Part shown: piece after piece, positions 31,289 to 43,285 of the stretch
Layout of the letters: every line of letters begins with the position of its first letter
Position numbering within the stretch: position 1 is the first letter of the stretch
Source of the DNA: Paraspadella gotoi
Taxonomy: Eukaryota; Animalia; Chaetognatha
Direction: 5' to 3'
DNA: 64,000 bases
Assembly (NCBI GenBank): GCA_051294375.1
Contig: CM119263.1
Span: 28,743,280 to 28,807,279, forward strand
Translations under genes and position numbers: made by a program
Notes under the pieces: generated by a model
What the model was told of the DNA's origin: nothing
The model's input: only the letters and a program-made list of their open reading frames with translations
The model's database searches: none

Positions 31289-34082
31289 TATGAGATAGGC
31301 AGGGAGAGGAAGGAGCAGGCGTTAACCTGAGGTCTTTTAGAAAATCAGAGCAGTGTGTATGAGTATCGGCAGGGAGAGGAAAGGAGCAGGGCGTTAAACT
31401 GGAGGTCTTTTTAGAAAAGATCAGGCAGTGGTGTATGAGATAGGCAGGGAGAGGAAGGAGCAGGGCGTAACCTGGAAGTCTTTTAGAAAATCAGGCATTA
31501 GTGTGTATGAGATAGGCAGGGAGAGGAAGGAGCAGGGCGTTAACCTGAGAGGTCTTTTTAGAAAATCAGCAGTGTGTATGAGATAGGCAGGGAGAGGAAG
31601 GAGCAGGGCGTTAACTGGAGGTCTTTTAGAAATCAGGCAGTGTGTATGAGATAGGCAGGAGAGGAAGGAGCAGGGCGTTAACCTGGAGGTCTTTTAGAAA
31701 TCAAGGCAGTGTGTATGAAGAATAGGCAGGAGAGGAAAGAAGCAGGCGTTAACCTGGAGGTCTTTTTAAGAAAATCAGGCAGTGTGTAATGAGATAGGCA
31801 GGGAGAGGAAGGAGCAGGGCGTTAACCTGGAGGTCTTTTAGAAAATCAGGCAGTGTGTATGAGATAGGCAGGGAGAGGAAGGAGCAGGGCGTTAACCTGG
31901 AGTCTTTTTTAGAAAAATCAGCAGTGTGTATGAGAGGCAAGGGAGAGGAAGGAGCAGGGCGTTAACCTGGAGGTCTTTTTAGAAAATCAGGCCAGTGTGT
32001 CATGAGATAGGCAGGGAGAGGAGGAGCAGGGCGTTAACCTGGAGGTCTTTTTAGAAAATCAGGTCAGTGTGTATGAGATAGGCAGGAGAGGAAGGAGGCA
32101 GGGCGTTAACCTGGAGGTCTTTTTAGAAATCAGGCAGTGTGGTATGAGATAGGCAGGAGAAGGAAGGACAGGGCGTTAACCTGGAGGTCTTTTTTAGAAA
32201 ATCAGGCAGTTGTATGAGATAGGCAGTGAGAGGAAGGAGAGGGCGTTTAACCTGGAGGTCTTTTTAGAAAATCAGGCAGTGTGTAATGAGATGGCAGGGA
32301 GAAGGAAGGAGGCAGGGCGTTAACCTGGAGTTCTTTTTAGAAATTGCAGGCATGTGTGTATGAGATAGGCAGGGAGAAGGAAGGAGGCAGGGCGTTAACC
32401 TGGAGGTCTTTTTTAGAAAAATCAGGCAGTGTGTATGAGATAGGCAGGGAGAGGAATAGCAGGGCGTAACCTGGAAGGTCTTTTTAGAAAATCAGGCAGT
32501 GTTGTATGAGATAGGCAGGGAGAGGAAGGACAAGGGCGTTACACCTGGGAGGTCTTTTTAGAAAATCAGGCAGTGTGTATGAGATAGGCAGGAGAGGAAG
32601 GAGCAGGCGTTAACGCTGGAGGTCTTTTAGAAAAATCAGGCAGTGTGTATGAGATATGGCAGGGGAGAGGAAAGGAGCCAGGGCCGTTAACCTGGAGGTC
32701 TTTTTAGAAAATCAGGCAGATGTGTATGAGATAGGCAGGGAGAGGAAGGAGCAGGCGTTAACCTGGAGGTCTTTTTAGAAAATCAGGCAGTGTGTATGAG
32801 ATAGGCAGGGAGAGGAAGGAGCAGTGCGTTAACCTGGAGGTCTTTTTAGAAAATCAGGCAGTGTGTATGAGATAGGCAGGAGAGAGGAAGGGAGCAGGGC
32901 GTTAACTGGAGGTCTTTTTAGAAAATCAGCATGTGGTATGAGATAGGCAGGGAGAGGAAGGAGCAGGGCGTTAACCTGGAGGTCTTTTAGAAAATCAGGC
33001 AGTGTGTATGAGATAGCAGGGAAGAGGAAGGAGCAGGGCGTTAACCTGGAGGTCTTTTTTATGAAAATCAGGCAGTGTGTATGAGATAGGCAGGGGAGAC
33101 GGAAGGAGCAGGGTCGTTAACCTGGAGGTCTTTTTTAGAAAATCAGGCAGTGTGTATGAGTAATGGGCAGGGAAGATGGAAGGAGGCAAGGGCGTTAACC
33201 GAGGTCTTTTTAGAAATCAGGCAGTGTGTATGAGATAGGCAGGGAGAGGAAGGAGCAGGGCGTTAACCTGGAGGTATTTTAGAAAATCAGGCAGTGTGTA
33301 TGAGATAGGCAGGAGAGGAAGGAGCAGGGCGTTAACCTGGAGGTCTTTTTAGAAATCAGGCCAGTGTGTATGAGATAGGCAGGAGAGGAAGGAGCAGGGC
33401 GTTAACCTGGAGGTCTTTTAGAAAATCAGGTCAGTGTGTATGAGATAGGCAGGAGAGGAAGGAGCAGGGCGTTAACGCTGGAGGTCTTTTTTAGAAATCA
33501 GGCAGTGTGTATGAGATAGGCAGGGAGAGGAAGGAGCAGGGCGTTAACCTGGAGGTCTTTTTAGAAAATCAGGCAGTGTGTATGAGAAATAGGCAGGGAG
33601 AGGAAGGAGCAGGGCGTTAAACCTGGAGGTCTTTTTAGAAAATCAGGCAGTGGTGTATGAGAAGGCAGGGAGAGGAAAGGAGCAGGGCGTTAACTGGAGG
33701 TTCTTTTTAGAAAATCAGGCTAGTGTGTATGAGATAGGCAGGGAGAGGAAGGAGCAGGGCGTTACCTGAGGAGGTCTTTTTAGAAAATCAGGCAGTGTGT
33801 ATGAGATAGGCAGGGAGAGGAAGGAGCCAGGCGTTAACCTGGAGGTCTTTTTAGAAAATCAGGCAGTGTGTATTGAGATAGGCGGGAGAGGAAGAGCAGG
33901 CGTTAACCTGGAGGTTTTTTTAGAAATCAGGCAGTGTGTATGAGATAGGCAGGGAGAGCGAAGGGAGGCAGGCGTTAACCTGGAGGGTCTTTTAAAATCA
34001 GCTCACTGTGTATGAGATAGGCAGGGAGAGGAAGGAGCAGGGCGTTAACCTGGAGGTCTTTTTTAGAAATCAAGGCAGTGTG
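31289..34082. repeat. Tandem array of 39 x 71-bp units, each ending in the transposon right terminus
   Basis: Consensus TATGAGATAGGCAGGGAGAGGAAGGAGCAGGGCGTTAACCTGGAGGTCTTTTTAGAAAATCAGGCAGTGTG. I counted 39 GCGTTAAC cores. Variation is random single-base indels, with no unique spacers. Confidence 0.97.
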
Positions 34083-35379
34083 CCCCCCCCTTCTGCCGCT
34101 CAAATCAATCGGTCCGCTTCACTTGTCCGTGATCGAATTTCCTGAATTGGTGTCGTATGAGTATTTTGCGAAGCAACAATGGCCACGGCGAACTGCGCTA
34201 TTTTCCGCCCAATCTTCGGGTCGAACGCGACGAGAAGAATTTGAAACAAATTAATACATTATATCTTAATATATAAAATAATTGGTAAATCCCGCCAGGA
34301 TGGTTTGTTTTTGTTTTTTTGTTTTGTTTTTTTCTTCGGTGACGTTTCAGCGGTTCGGAGGACTTCTGCATGGCGGAATTTTAATAAGAGAATAAAAGGA
34401 AAAACTCTTGAAAATCTTGTCGGTCGTCCCTCTCTCGTTTTTTTTTTTTTTTTTTTTTGTTTCTTTTGAGTTCGTGTGTGTTTTTTGTTTTTGTTTTTGT
34501 TTTTTGGATTTTAGTTTTATTTTGTATTTAGTTTTTGTTTTTTTTTTCGCCTGTTCCTTCTTTGCCTCGCCCATCCTCTGGAGAGAGGCGCCTGTTCTTA
34601 TCAAAATACTTCATGTCAATAATGGTAATGTACAGCCAGGACGTGCTCAGAGGTTCAGAACTCAGATTGGGTTTTGAAATAGTGGAGGGGGGCGTTGGAA
34701 TCTGGCGAGCGGCGCCATCCGTTCTCCGGCGCGATGACGAACAGTCGGTCGCCGGTTGACGGCGATGACGTTCCATGACGCTGTTCCTGTGATCGCGACC
34801 CCCCCCCGGTAGTGGCGTCGTCATGACAACAGTATGCCTGCCACCCTCGACCCTTCGTTTTCTTTTCCTAAAAAATGGGCGGTGGAGGGGATGGGGAAGG
34901 TCGGGGAATAGGGGGTGGGGAAGTGGAAAAGGGGTTGAGAAGGGGGGGAGCGCGAAAAGAAGGGTGGAGAACCGGAAGGAAGTGGAAGGTGAAGAAAAGA
35001 AAGAGGGAGAAGGGGGGGAGCGGAAAGGAAGAGAGAGCGAAAGAGGAGAATGAGGAAGAAAATCGCTTTTAAAAAGTCAAATCTTAACTAAAATTTAAAA
35101 AACGACCAAACCCAACTCTTAATTTAAAAAAAGAAAAATAAATATTACGAATGAGCCACGACTTTGTCTCGTTGCAACACCTGTCTACACAGATGGTCAA
35201 TGTTTCATTCAGCAAAACAAATGACAGTCGACAAATGGAAGTGACGACGTCAAGTCGAACGAAGATCGATCGCTACTCAGATCCATCTTCGTCTCGTCTC
35301 CGTCATTTTCTTCCGTCTCCATCTCTATCATTTTCTTTTGTTGTTAATTTTTATTTCGCGTTTCTCATTTTATTATATT

Positions 35380-35685
35380 TCATTTCATTGTCAGCTCATT
35401 TTCTTTCTTTTCTCTTCTAAATTTGTATCATTTCATTTTCAGCTCATTTTATTCTTTGCCCTATTTATTTTTATTCATTTCATTTTCAGCTCAATTTCTT
35501 TTTTTTTTTTTTGCCCATTTAGTTTGAATCATTCATTTTCAGCTCATTTGCTTTCTTTGCCCATTTTAATTTTAATCATTCCATTTTCAGCTCATTTTCT
35601 ATCCTTTGCCCATTTTAATTTCAATCATACCCATTTTCAGCTCATTTTTTTTTTTAATTTTCAGCTCATTTCACATTTTTCATTT
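35380..35685. repeat. Degenerate ~50-57-bp tandem repeat (TTTCAGCTCATTT...TTTGCCCATTTTAATTTCAATCAT); partner 27690-27905
   Basis: Recurring CATTTTCAGCTCATTT motif. It lies at the end of duplicated block B. Confidence 0.7.
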
Positions 35686-36805
35686 TCGATTCACACGTTT
35701 TCTTTTTTTTTCTATTTTTTGTTTTGCTGATTTAGATTTTCTAATTCGCAGACGCCAAAATAATCTCGACGAAGACTTTAGTCGTCTCGTCGTTGTCGTA
35801 GTCGTCCTCGTCGTTGTCGTCGTCGTCGTCGTCGTCGTCGCCGCCCTTATATCGTTTTCGTCGTAGCCGTGCTTGCGTCGTTCTNNNNNNNNNNNNNNNN
35901 NNNNNNNNNCGTCGTTGTCGTCGTTGTCGTTGTCGTTTGTCTTCGTCATTGTCGTCATCGTCTTCTTGATCGTAATCGTCGTCAGCAATGCTGTCGTCGT
36001 CGTCGCTATCATCGTCGTCGTCAATGTCGCTATCATCGTCATCATCGTCGTAGTCGTCGTCGTTGTCGCAATCGTCTGGTCGTCTTCAGATCATTAAATC
36101 CCCGCGAATCTTCGAAGGTCGTAAAACGGACGACGACGACGACGACGACGACGACGCCAACGACCGCAACCGACGCCAATTGCACTGAAGACGACGCCGC
36201 CGAGGAAGCCAATGACCCCGAAGAGAGCGACGATGCCATCCAACGATTCAATCTCGTTTTGTCTCTTTAATTTAATTTAATTTAATTTAATTTTAATTTT
36301 AATTTATTTCCAAAGTTTCAACTATTTCATGGTCGGTCTGTCGGTCTGTCGGGTCAAATCGTTTAAGTCATCCAGTAGACCTGTAGGTGCATAGCTAAGC
36401 CGACGGGTGTTAGACCTTTAGACCCCATAAATCGAGGGAACTTTCGAAAATTTGGGCGATGGGAAAATTTATGTTCCGACTGATGCGTATATACGGGATC
36501 TCGGGTGAGAAAAGTCTAAATTATGGATTAAGTGTTAAAGTTATAACATGTATATTTTTAGTGGCAGGTTTTTTTTTATTTAGCCCCTTTTTATATAAGT
36601 GTTATTACTTTTCATAAACAATTTTATCTTCCATTATCAAGAGCTTTCAAACTATATATCAAATTCTATTCATAACTCCCGTATCAAACTATAAATAAAA
36701 AAAACATTTGATTTATTTTTATTATTTTACTTTCTAATTTTCTGCTAATCTAATAAAATATATATAAATGCGAATTGAATCCAATATACAAAACTTAATC
36801 GAAAA

Positions 36806-36902
36806 TCCTCTTCCGCCACTCCTAAATATCTGAGTGGCGCAACCCTGCATCTTCCTCTTCCGCCACTCCTAAATTTCTGAGTGGCGCAACCCCGCATCTT
36901 CC
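36806..36902. repeat. 47-bp direct duplication, each unit with a hairpin GCCACTC-N10-GAGTGGC
   Basis: Units start at 36806 and 36853 and differ at 2 positions. Confidence 0.85.
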
Positions 36903-38519
36903 ATCTCTTTTCCTTCGTCCTTCATTTTGCCCAAATTGCTCGACTCTTTCCCGCCATTTTCTCGAAGGTACAGACTCACCCGAGGGGGCAATAACTTCCG
37001 CCAACTTACTTTTTTTTCGCTTCTTCCTTCCTCGTTTAAAACTAGTTTTACTGCTCGGAAGGTAAGGTAGAATTTCCAGGGCCTCGGGGCCAAGGCCTGC
37101 AGTTATTGATAGATACTGTTGAATCTGTACAATGACGTTGCGAAAATGTTATTCGCGTCAAATTGTAGGAATGATGGAATGTTGATTGATGAATTAGTAT
37201 TGTCACAAGGTTGATAACGTCATCAAGATTGCAATTAGAAGTATTACGTTCGTACTCGCGTCTGCTTGAGCGTAAATATACATACGCACTAGATAACTCA
37301 ATGTTTACTCAGAAATAAACTAAATATATTCACAATAAACAAAGCGCGAGTCATACGGACAGGAGAAAATTGATCGGGCCAGCAACGAAATTTTCCGAAT
37401 TATGGTCCGATTTAGTTTGGCTGTTATAACCGTCGCCTGTGTCGCTCTCCTTGGTCGGTCGGTCAGTCGGTCGGTCCGAATCAACGTTCTGACCACAACG
37501 GAAGTATTAAAGTAGACGTTCGACTCACTGACACTGCGCCGCCGCCGCCACCGACGCCGCCACTTCTGCTATTAGCTTTTAACGCGAGCATGTCAATTTC
37601 GGCGTTTAGCATCGACGCGTCGGCGTCGTCATCCGTTGCTTGGCGACACGATATCAATTTTCTTTCAGAGACGCTCCGACGTAACATGACGTCAGGTAAC
37701 GTGACCTGGCCGATACGTTTTGACAGGCTACGTGTCTTTTCGATGAAGCGGCAGGACGTGTCAAGACCCCTATTGATGTGGCACGTGGCAAAACTTTTGC
37801 GTCATACAAAATTTATTTGTCCTGCGTGGTTTAGAAAATAACAACAACGACGATGAAAACAATCATCGGAAGTCGCGCTGCTGTCATATAGCATATGTTT
37901 TATAATTATATAATGATTCGTTGTTACGTTGCATGATAAGAAAATTAACCCAATGTGCGAACGGGGAGACATGTGTTATGCACGGGGTGTGAAACATCTT
38001 CCGACAGCTGGCGCTCAGGGCGTGTTTATGCCGTCGCCATCACTCTTTAATAAGGCGGGCCAAAATTGAACAGTTTCTATAACTTCTAGTTCTCTTAAAA
38101 AATTTCTTTTTTCCTTCTATTACTAAATCGATTTTCAATGCAACTTTTTGAATTAGTTCATTGGGTTGTTGCACTGAAGCTTTTAAATATTTATTAATAT
38201 ATAACAAATTCCAAATTTTTTTTTAAATTTTAATTTTAATAACGGATTCCTATAGAGCTTGAGAAGTTAAATAAAAGTTAGTACTACAATTTAAAAAAAT
38301 TTTTACAATAAATTGATGACACTGTGTAGTGTGTTTCGTCTCAGCGTTTCTAACTTTTTCATCCACTCAAATTCACAAAAATACGTCAAAAGATTATCCC
38401 AAGTATTTAGAAGGATTAAGTTTATACTGTTTGATTGTTGCAGCGAGTATTCTATGATTAATGGTTCTGAGCAATAATCTTATCGTTGTCTTCGCGAGTG
38501 TGAAAATGGTAATCGTCAA

Positions 38520-38762
38520 TTTCACTTAATTTCACACAAACTCAAACAATCTCTTACAATCTCACACAACTCAAATAATTTCCTACAATCTCACACAACT
38601 CAAATAATTTCCTACAATCTCACACAATCTCACACAAACTCAAACAATCTCCTACAAACTCAAACAATCCCCTACAATCCCCTACAATCTCACACAATCT
38701 CACACAACTCAAATAATTTCCTACAATCTCACACAATCTCACACACTCTCACACAAACTCAC
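38520..38762. repeat. Compound 10/29-bp minisatellite (CTCACACAAT / CTCACACAACTCAAATAATTTCCTACAAT)
   Basis: Directly visible periodicity. Confidence 0.8.
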
Positions 38763-40438
38763 CATAAGATCGAAGATTCGCCGATTGACTCTTCTCAAGA
38801 TCTGCGTTTTTTTTTTGTTTCGTGTGCGAGGGGAGTTTTTTTCTTTTGGGGGAGAGAGATAGAGACAGAGAGAAAGAGCGAACTAGAGAGACAGACGTTG
38901 TTGCCTTTTTATTTTTTTTTGTTTGTTTGTTTTTTTATTGCAAGTAGTAGTGTTGATATTTTAAGATAAATAAATGTTCGTGATAAGAAAAGCTATTGAC
39001 GAAAAAAAATTGGTTTTTTTTTTGGTGAGCGAGATGAGAGAGCGAGAGCGAGAGAGAGATAGAAAGAGAGAGAGAAAGAAAGAGAGAGAGAGATGAAGGA
39101 ATAATTTTGTGGTGAGAGAAAAAGGTTAATTTTTAAATAAGGTGGGCTTTGTTTTGTTTTTGTTTGTTTGTTTATTTTCGTTGCGAAGAATAGTTTAAAA
39201 AACAGGAAGGCCGCAAAGTACGTTTTTAGAAGAGTCTCGGAGTGAGAGAGGGAGAGAGAGGAAAGAGAGGAAGATTGAGAGTGAGTGAGACGAAGTGAGA
39301 GAGAGAGAGGGAGATGATAAAATCTTCGGATCTTTGGAAAGTCTTGATTAGGATCTGCTGGTCACGTGACTTTTATCGCGATGGAACAAAGTCATGATGG
39401 AATTCGTGAAAAAAGGCCATTTGTTTACAAACTTGTTTTTTTTTATGTTTGTTTCTTTTTTTGTTTGGTTTTATTTTTTTGCCCTTTTCACACTCAATGC
39501 CACGATGGAAAGCTGTGGAGAAAAAAAGGAGTTAATTTCAAGTCAATTAATTTACAAAATAAGTTTTAACGTTTTTTTTTTAAAAAACGCAATAACAATT
39601 TTGAGCATAACTGAAAAACGTAAAAAGAACGTGAAAAGCTGCATTGTGCGGGCGTAATGCGCTAAGAATATTGCACTGTGCACTCAAACCCAACGTTGTT
39701 GCCAAGTTGCGGATTTTTAATTGTGTTGTTTTGTTAGATTTTTATTTCAAATTTGTTATTGCTTATTAAAACTATTTGTTTGTTTTATGGAGGGTTTTTT
39801 TTTTTTTTCAAAATGACATCGAGTATTTCCATTTCGCATAAAGAAAAATGTCCCAATTCAAAAAGAAAAAAAAAAGAAGTCAATTCATCTCACTCTTTCC
39901 TCTTTCACCCTTCGACACCAAAAAAAAACATAAACAAACGATTTCCCCCCCCAGCCCCCCCCTGCGAAAAAATAGTCGTCGACCCAAAGATTCGTCTTCC
40001 GTCGTTTTTTTTCTTTCAGATTCAAGGATTAGAAACACAAGGGCTGTCGTCGTCGTTCTTAGATGAAAATGACGTACGACGACGACGACGACGATGGCAC
40101 GCGCCTCCCGCGCCACGAGACGGGACATCCGCTGGATTTGGTGTTCCCTGGCTCTAGGACAACCGGACGNNNNNNNNNNCGACGACGAAACGAGGAGGAA
40201 AGCCAAAGTGACGAGGAATTAGGCACAGAAACAGAAATGGTCGTAGAAGCGCGTGCAGGAGGAAGGAGAGGGAAGACGAGGAAAACGACGACGACGACGA
40301 CGACGACGATGAAGAAGAAGAATAACGAGAAGAAGACGAAGACGAAGAAAGTGTAGAAGGATTCTTTTTCATTCTTTACAATGTATTATAAATTACATAA
40401 CATTGTACCACTTCATTGATAGGGAAGCCAGGTACTCA

Positions 40439-40619
40439 GGGAGTGAATAAACAAAACTGTGAGAGAGTCTTGATTGAAAGCTTGCAGGGACCTGCTATGT
40501 CATTATCTTCTAAGTGTGATGGAGGCCTTAAGCCACCAAAGCCTGTCTAAAGTCAGGGGCAAGATTGCTTATTTATTAAATGAATGGATAATTATTATAT
40601 TGGTTGTACCAATTTCATA
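40439..40619 (+). mobile_element. Dispersed ~180-bp repeat, copy 1 (unclassified TE fragment)
   Basis: Aligns with 47668-47848 mostly by substitutions. An inverted partial copy lies at 45413-45444 and a possible fragment at ~41588-41610. Confidence 0.7.
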
Positions 40620-42327
40620 GAATTGATAATGAAAGTGAGATTAAGAATAAAGATTAGAATGAAAAGTAGAATGTGAAGAAGAAGAAAAAGAAGAAGAATA
40701 AAGGGAGGCTTTTAAAAATATAATATTTTGGCCTTGATTAGTTTAAAGTATAACTAATAGCGTTCTTGTTAGTAATTCCTCGTCACTGACTTTACAAGGA
40801 CGACGAAAACGACGACGNNNNNNNNNNCGACGAGGGTTTGCCTAATGCGCCACGGTCTCTCTCGCGAAAGGAAGATGGAACTGCGAGAAGGACGNNNNNN
40901 NNNNNNNNNNNNNNNNNNAGAGAGACATAGTGATTGAGTGATATTTGGAGGGAATCGAACAAGAATTACTTTATATTTTAAGTGTTTTATTCAAACCAAA
41001 GATTAATACAATCATAAGTACAGACAAGTTATTAAAAAAGCATTCACAATATCCATGTTCTCAAATTTTAGACAATTGGACAATAATTTCAATTGTTATC
41101 ATTATTATTTTGAAAATAAAATAGAATTGAGACTGCAAATAGTTTAATAACAATATTGAATGTAAGGCCTGAGCGAAGATGAGGTATTTCTGGAAAATTA
41201 CAAGCATGATTTATAGGAAAAAATAAAAGGACATATTAAATTCATTATCTTGTCTGATTAAAAGTAATTTTATAGAAAATTAGTTCATCATAATTTCATT
41301 ATTTCATTATTTCATCTCTCGAAATTGTAATGCCTTCATTTACTTTTTTTTCTATTAAAAGCGGTCACATCAAAATAATTTAACTTTACTAATTTCCTAA
41401 AGCTATTTTACTGACGACATTCAAGGAATAATTACATTCAAAGTGCATGGAAATATTCAAGTGAATCCAATTTGTTATTAAAAATTAAACTTTGACGACA
41501 TTAACTAATAATCATGGATCATTGAATTCACTGTTTTATAAAATCGTGACAAATAATATAAAAATTATACATTCATTTAAAAATAAGCCCTCTTGTCTTG
41601 GACAGGCTGTATAAAAGAGTAATGTGAAAATAATAAAATTAAATAAAAATAAAATTTGGCCCATAGAAAATGAAAATGAAAACTAATAAAAATACTTTGG
41701 TAATTATTTTATTGTAACTTTCTTTAATATATACTTTACTGGGCACAGTAAGATATGTTTATATATAATAATAAGTATATAATAAGCTAAAATTTCAAAA
41801 TAAAATTTTTTAAATTTTAAGGCCGGGTTTGAATTCCTTGCAAATAAATTGATTTAAGAAAGTATAATTCTTTTTTCAAAATTATTACATTAAGTTGGTC
41901 AAATAAGTCAAAAACTGAGGCGGTGTAAATATACCGCCATATTTAAAATACCGATTTTTAATTTCTGGCGTAAAAATATTGTATTTTTTTAATTTTAACC
42001 TACTTAACAATAAATTTTTTTTAAAAAGATTGATATTTTTTATCAACTTTTTATGAGGAATTTGACATAATATTATATGGAGGTAGTATTATACACAAAA
42101 TAAGCTGACTGGGCTACGACATTAGTAAAAAAACAAAAATGAATGCAGATAAATATTTACTAATAAGATAGTTGTTAATTGCTAAATTTTGATTCTAAAC
42201 TTTCACTTCACCCTAATGTAAAAGTTAAAAATTTTTAAAACGGGTTCCTCAATTAGTTATCTGTTAATCTTTTTTTAAAAAAAACAAGAACAAGAACTAG
42301 AAGTTTTCCACATCTAATGAGTAAAAT

Positions 42328-43139
42328 CTATTCGTTATGAATGAGAGAATTTAAGCTTTCGTAACAGTTGGAACAACATCTGCGTAACGGAACTTTTATC
42401 CCCAATTTGTTCATGAAAAAATCTTGATTTTTCAATTGAAATTCCAACAAAGCCTGAGGACAGGCTCTCAGATGGTTGTGTTTCCTTTCTGGAGTCAAGC
42501 ACGTCGTCACTTGGCATCTGGGGACGAAATGAGGTATTAGTTACAAGATTATTTTGATTTATTCGAGTAGTATCAGAATTTTGATTGATATAATATTGTT
42601 AAACGCACATATATTATTTCTCCATCTATAGTCTAATCTAAAAAATGAATAACACTTTATCATTTTTATTTAAATCAGTTGCAGTTACTTTAAAACCGTA
42701 ATTGTTAAAAAAAAAAAAGAATTTTAGAATCTTAAAATTTTTAAATTTTAAATTTAACTTTCAATTTTTGTTAATAGTAGAAAGCTGCAGCAATTTACAA
42801 AGGCACAAAATCTTCTTTCATAGGCCAACTTAGAAGTAAGTAAAAGAAATGTTTTGGCTTTGGATTTTCGTTTACTCACCTTTTTTGTCTCTTTTCGTGA
42901 CAATTTCGACAAATGAGCATCTCGACGATCTCGGAGACGTTGTCCTTAGATCGAATCGTTTTATGATTCTCTTTTTCGTTAGAGATGAGTTTCTCTTTAC
43001 AAATTCCGCAAAAAGGAGGAATAGAGTCGTTGTTCCTTTCGCTGAAGAGTATAAATACTATTAAATAGTGTTTTCTTTACATTGTTATTGGCTGTAAGTA
43101 TTACAAAAGTGGAATAAAAAGAGAGAGAGACGAGAGCGT

Positions 43140-43224
<85 letters not shown>

Positions 43225-43232
43225 GAAGAGAG

Positions 43233-43285
<53 letters not shown>

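Larger units (their letters stand above)
30327..34082. mobile_element. Non-autonomous Transib/RAG-like (CAC...GTG) DNA transposon in ERG intron 1
   Basis: Boundaries are exact from the empty site at 26430-26439 (C10). The filled site has C7 + element + C8 = 15 C, i.e. a 5-bp TSD. Left end CACGGTGCCTC-AGACCTCCAGG; right end (reverse complement, array consensus) CACACTGCCTGATTTTCTAAAA-AGACCTCCAGG. No transposase ORF inside. Confidence 0.8.
28964..34201 (-). pseudogene. Second, frameshift-riddled copy of ERG exons 1-4 (more likely an unpolished alternative haplotype than a true pseudogene)
   Basis: Exon-1-like ~34123-34201, exon-2-like ~29865-29967, exon-3-like ~29485-29626, exon-4-like ~28964-29096 (VKNENGDVILFIINYED intact). 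Indels affect exons and introns alike. Confidence 0.7.
27937..35645. repeat. Duplicated block B, copy 2 (transposon-filled version)
   Basis: Near-identical to 24121-27905 with many 1-nt indels. Interrupted at the poly-C site by a 3756-bp insertion. Confidence 0.93.

Noticed and set aside
31749-33189. ORFs inside the 71-bp array
   Set aside because: The unit length is not a multiple of 3, and the ORFs arise from random indels.
31289-34082. CRISPR-like array
   Set aside because: Units are identical end to end with no unique spacers, there are no cas genes, and the context is eukaryotic. It is a tandem amplification of a transposon end.
37420-38060. GC-richer non-coding island with TGACGTCA (37687-37694) and CACGTG (37782-37787)
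   Set aside because: It could be an enhancer or promoter, but such short motifs are expected by chance and nothing else supports it.
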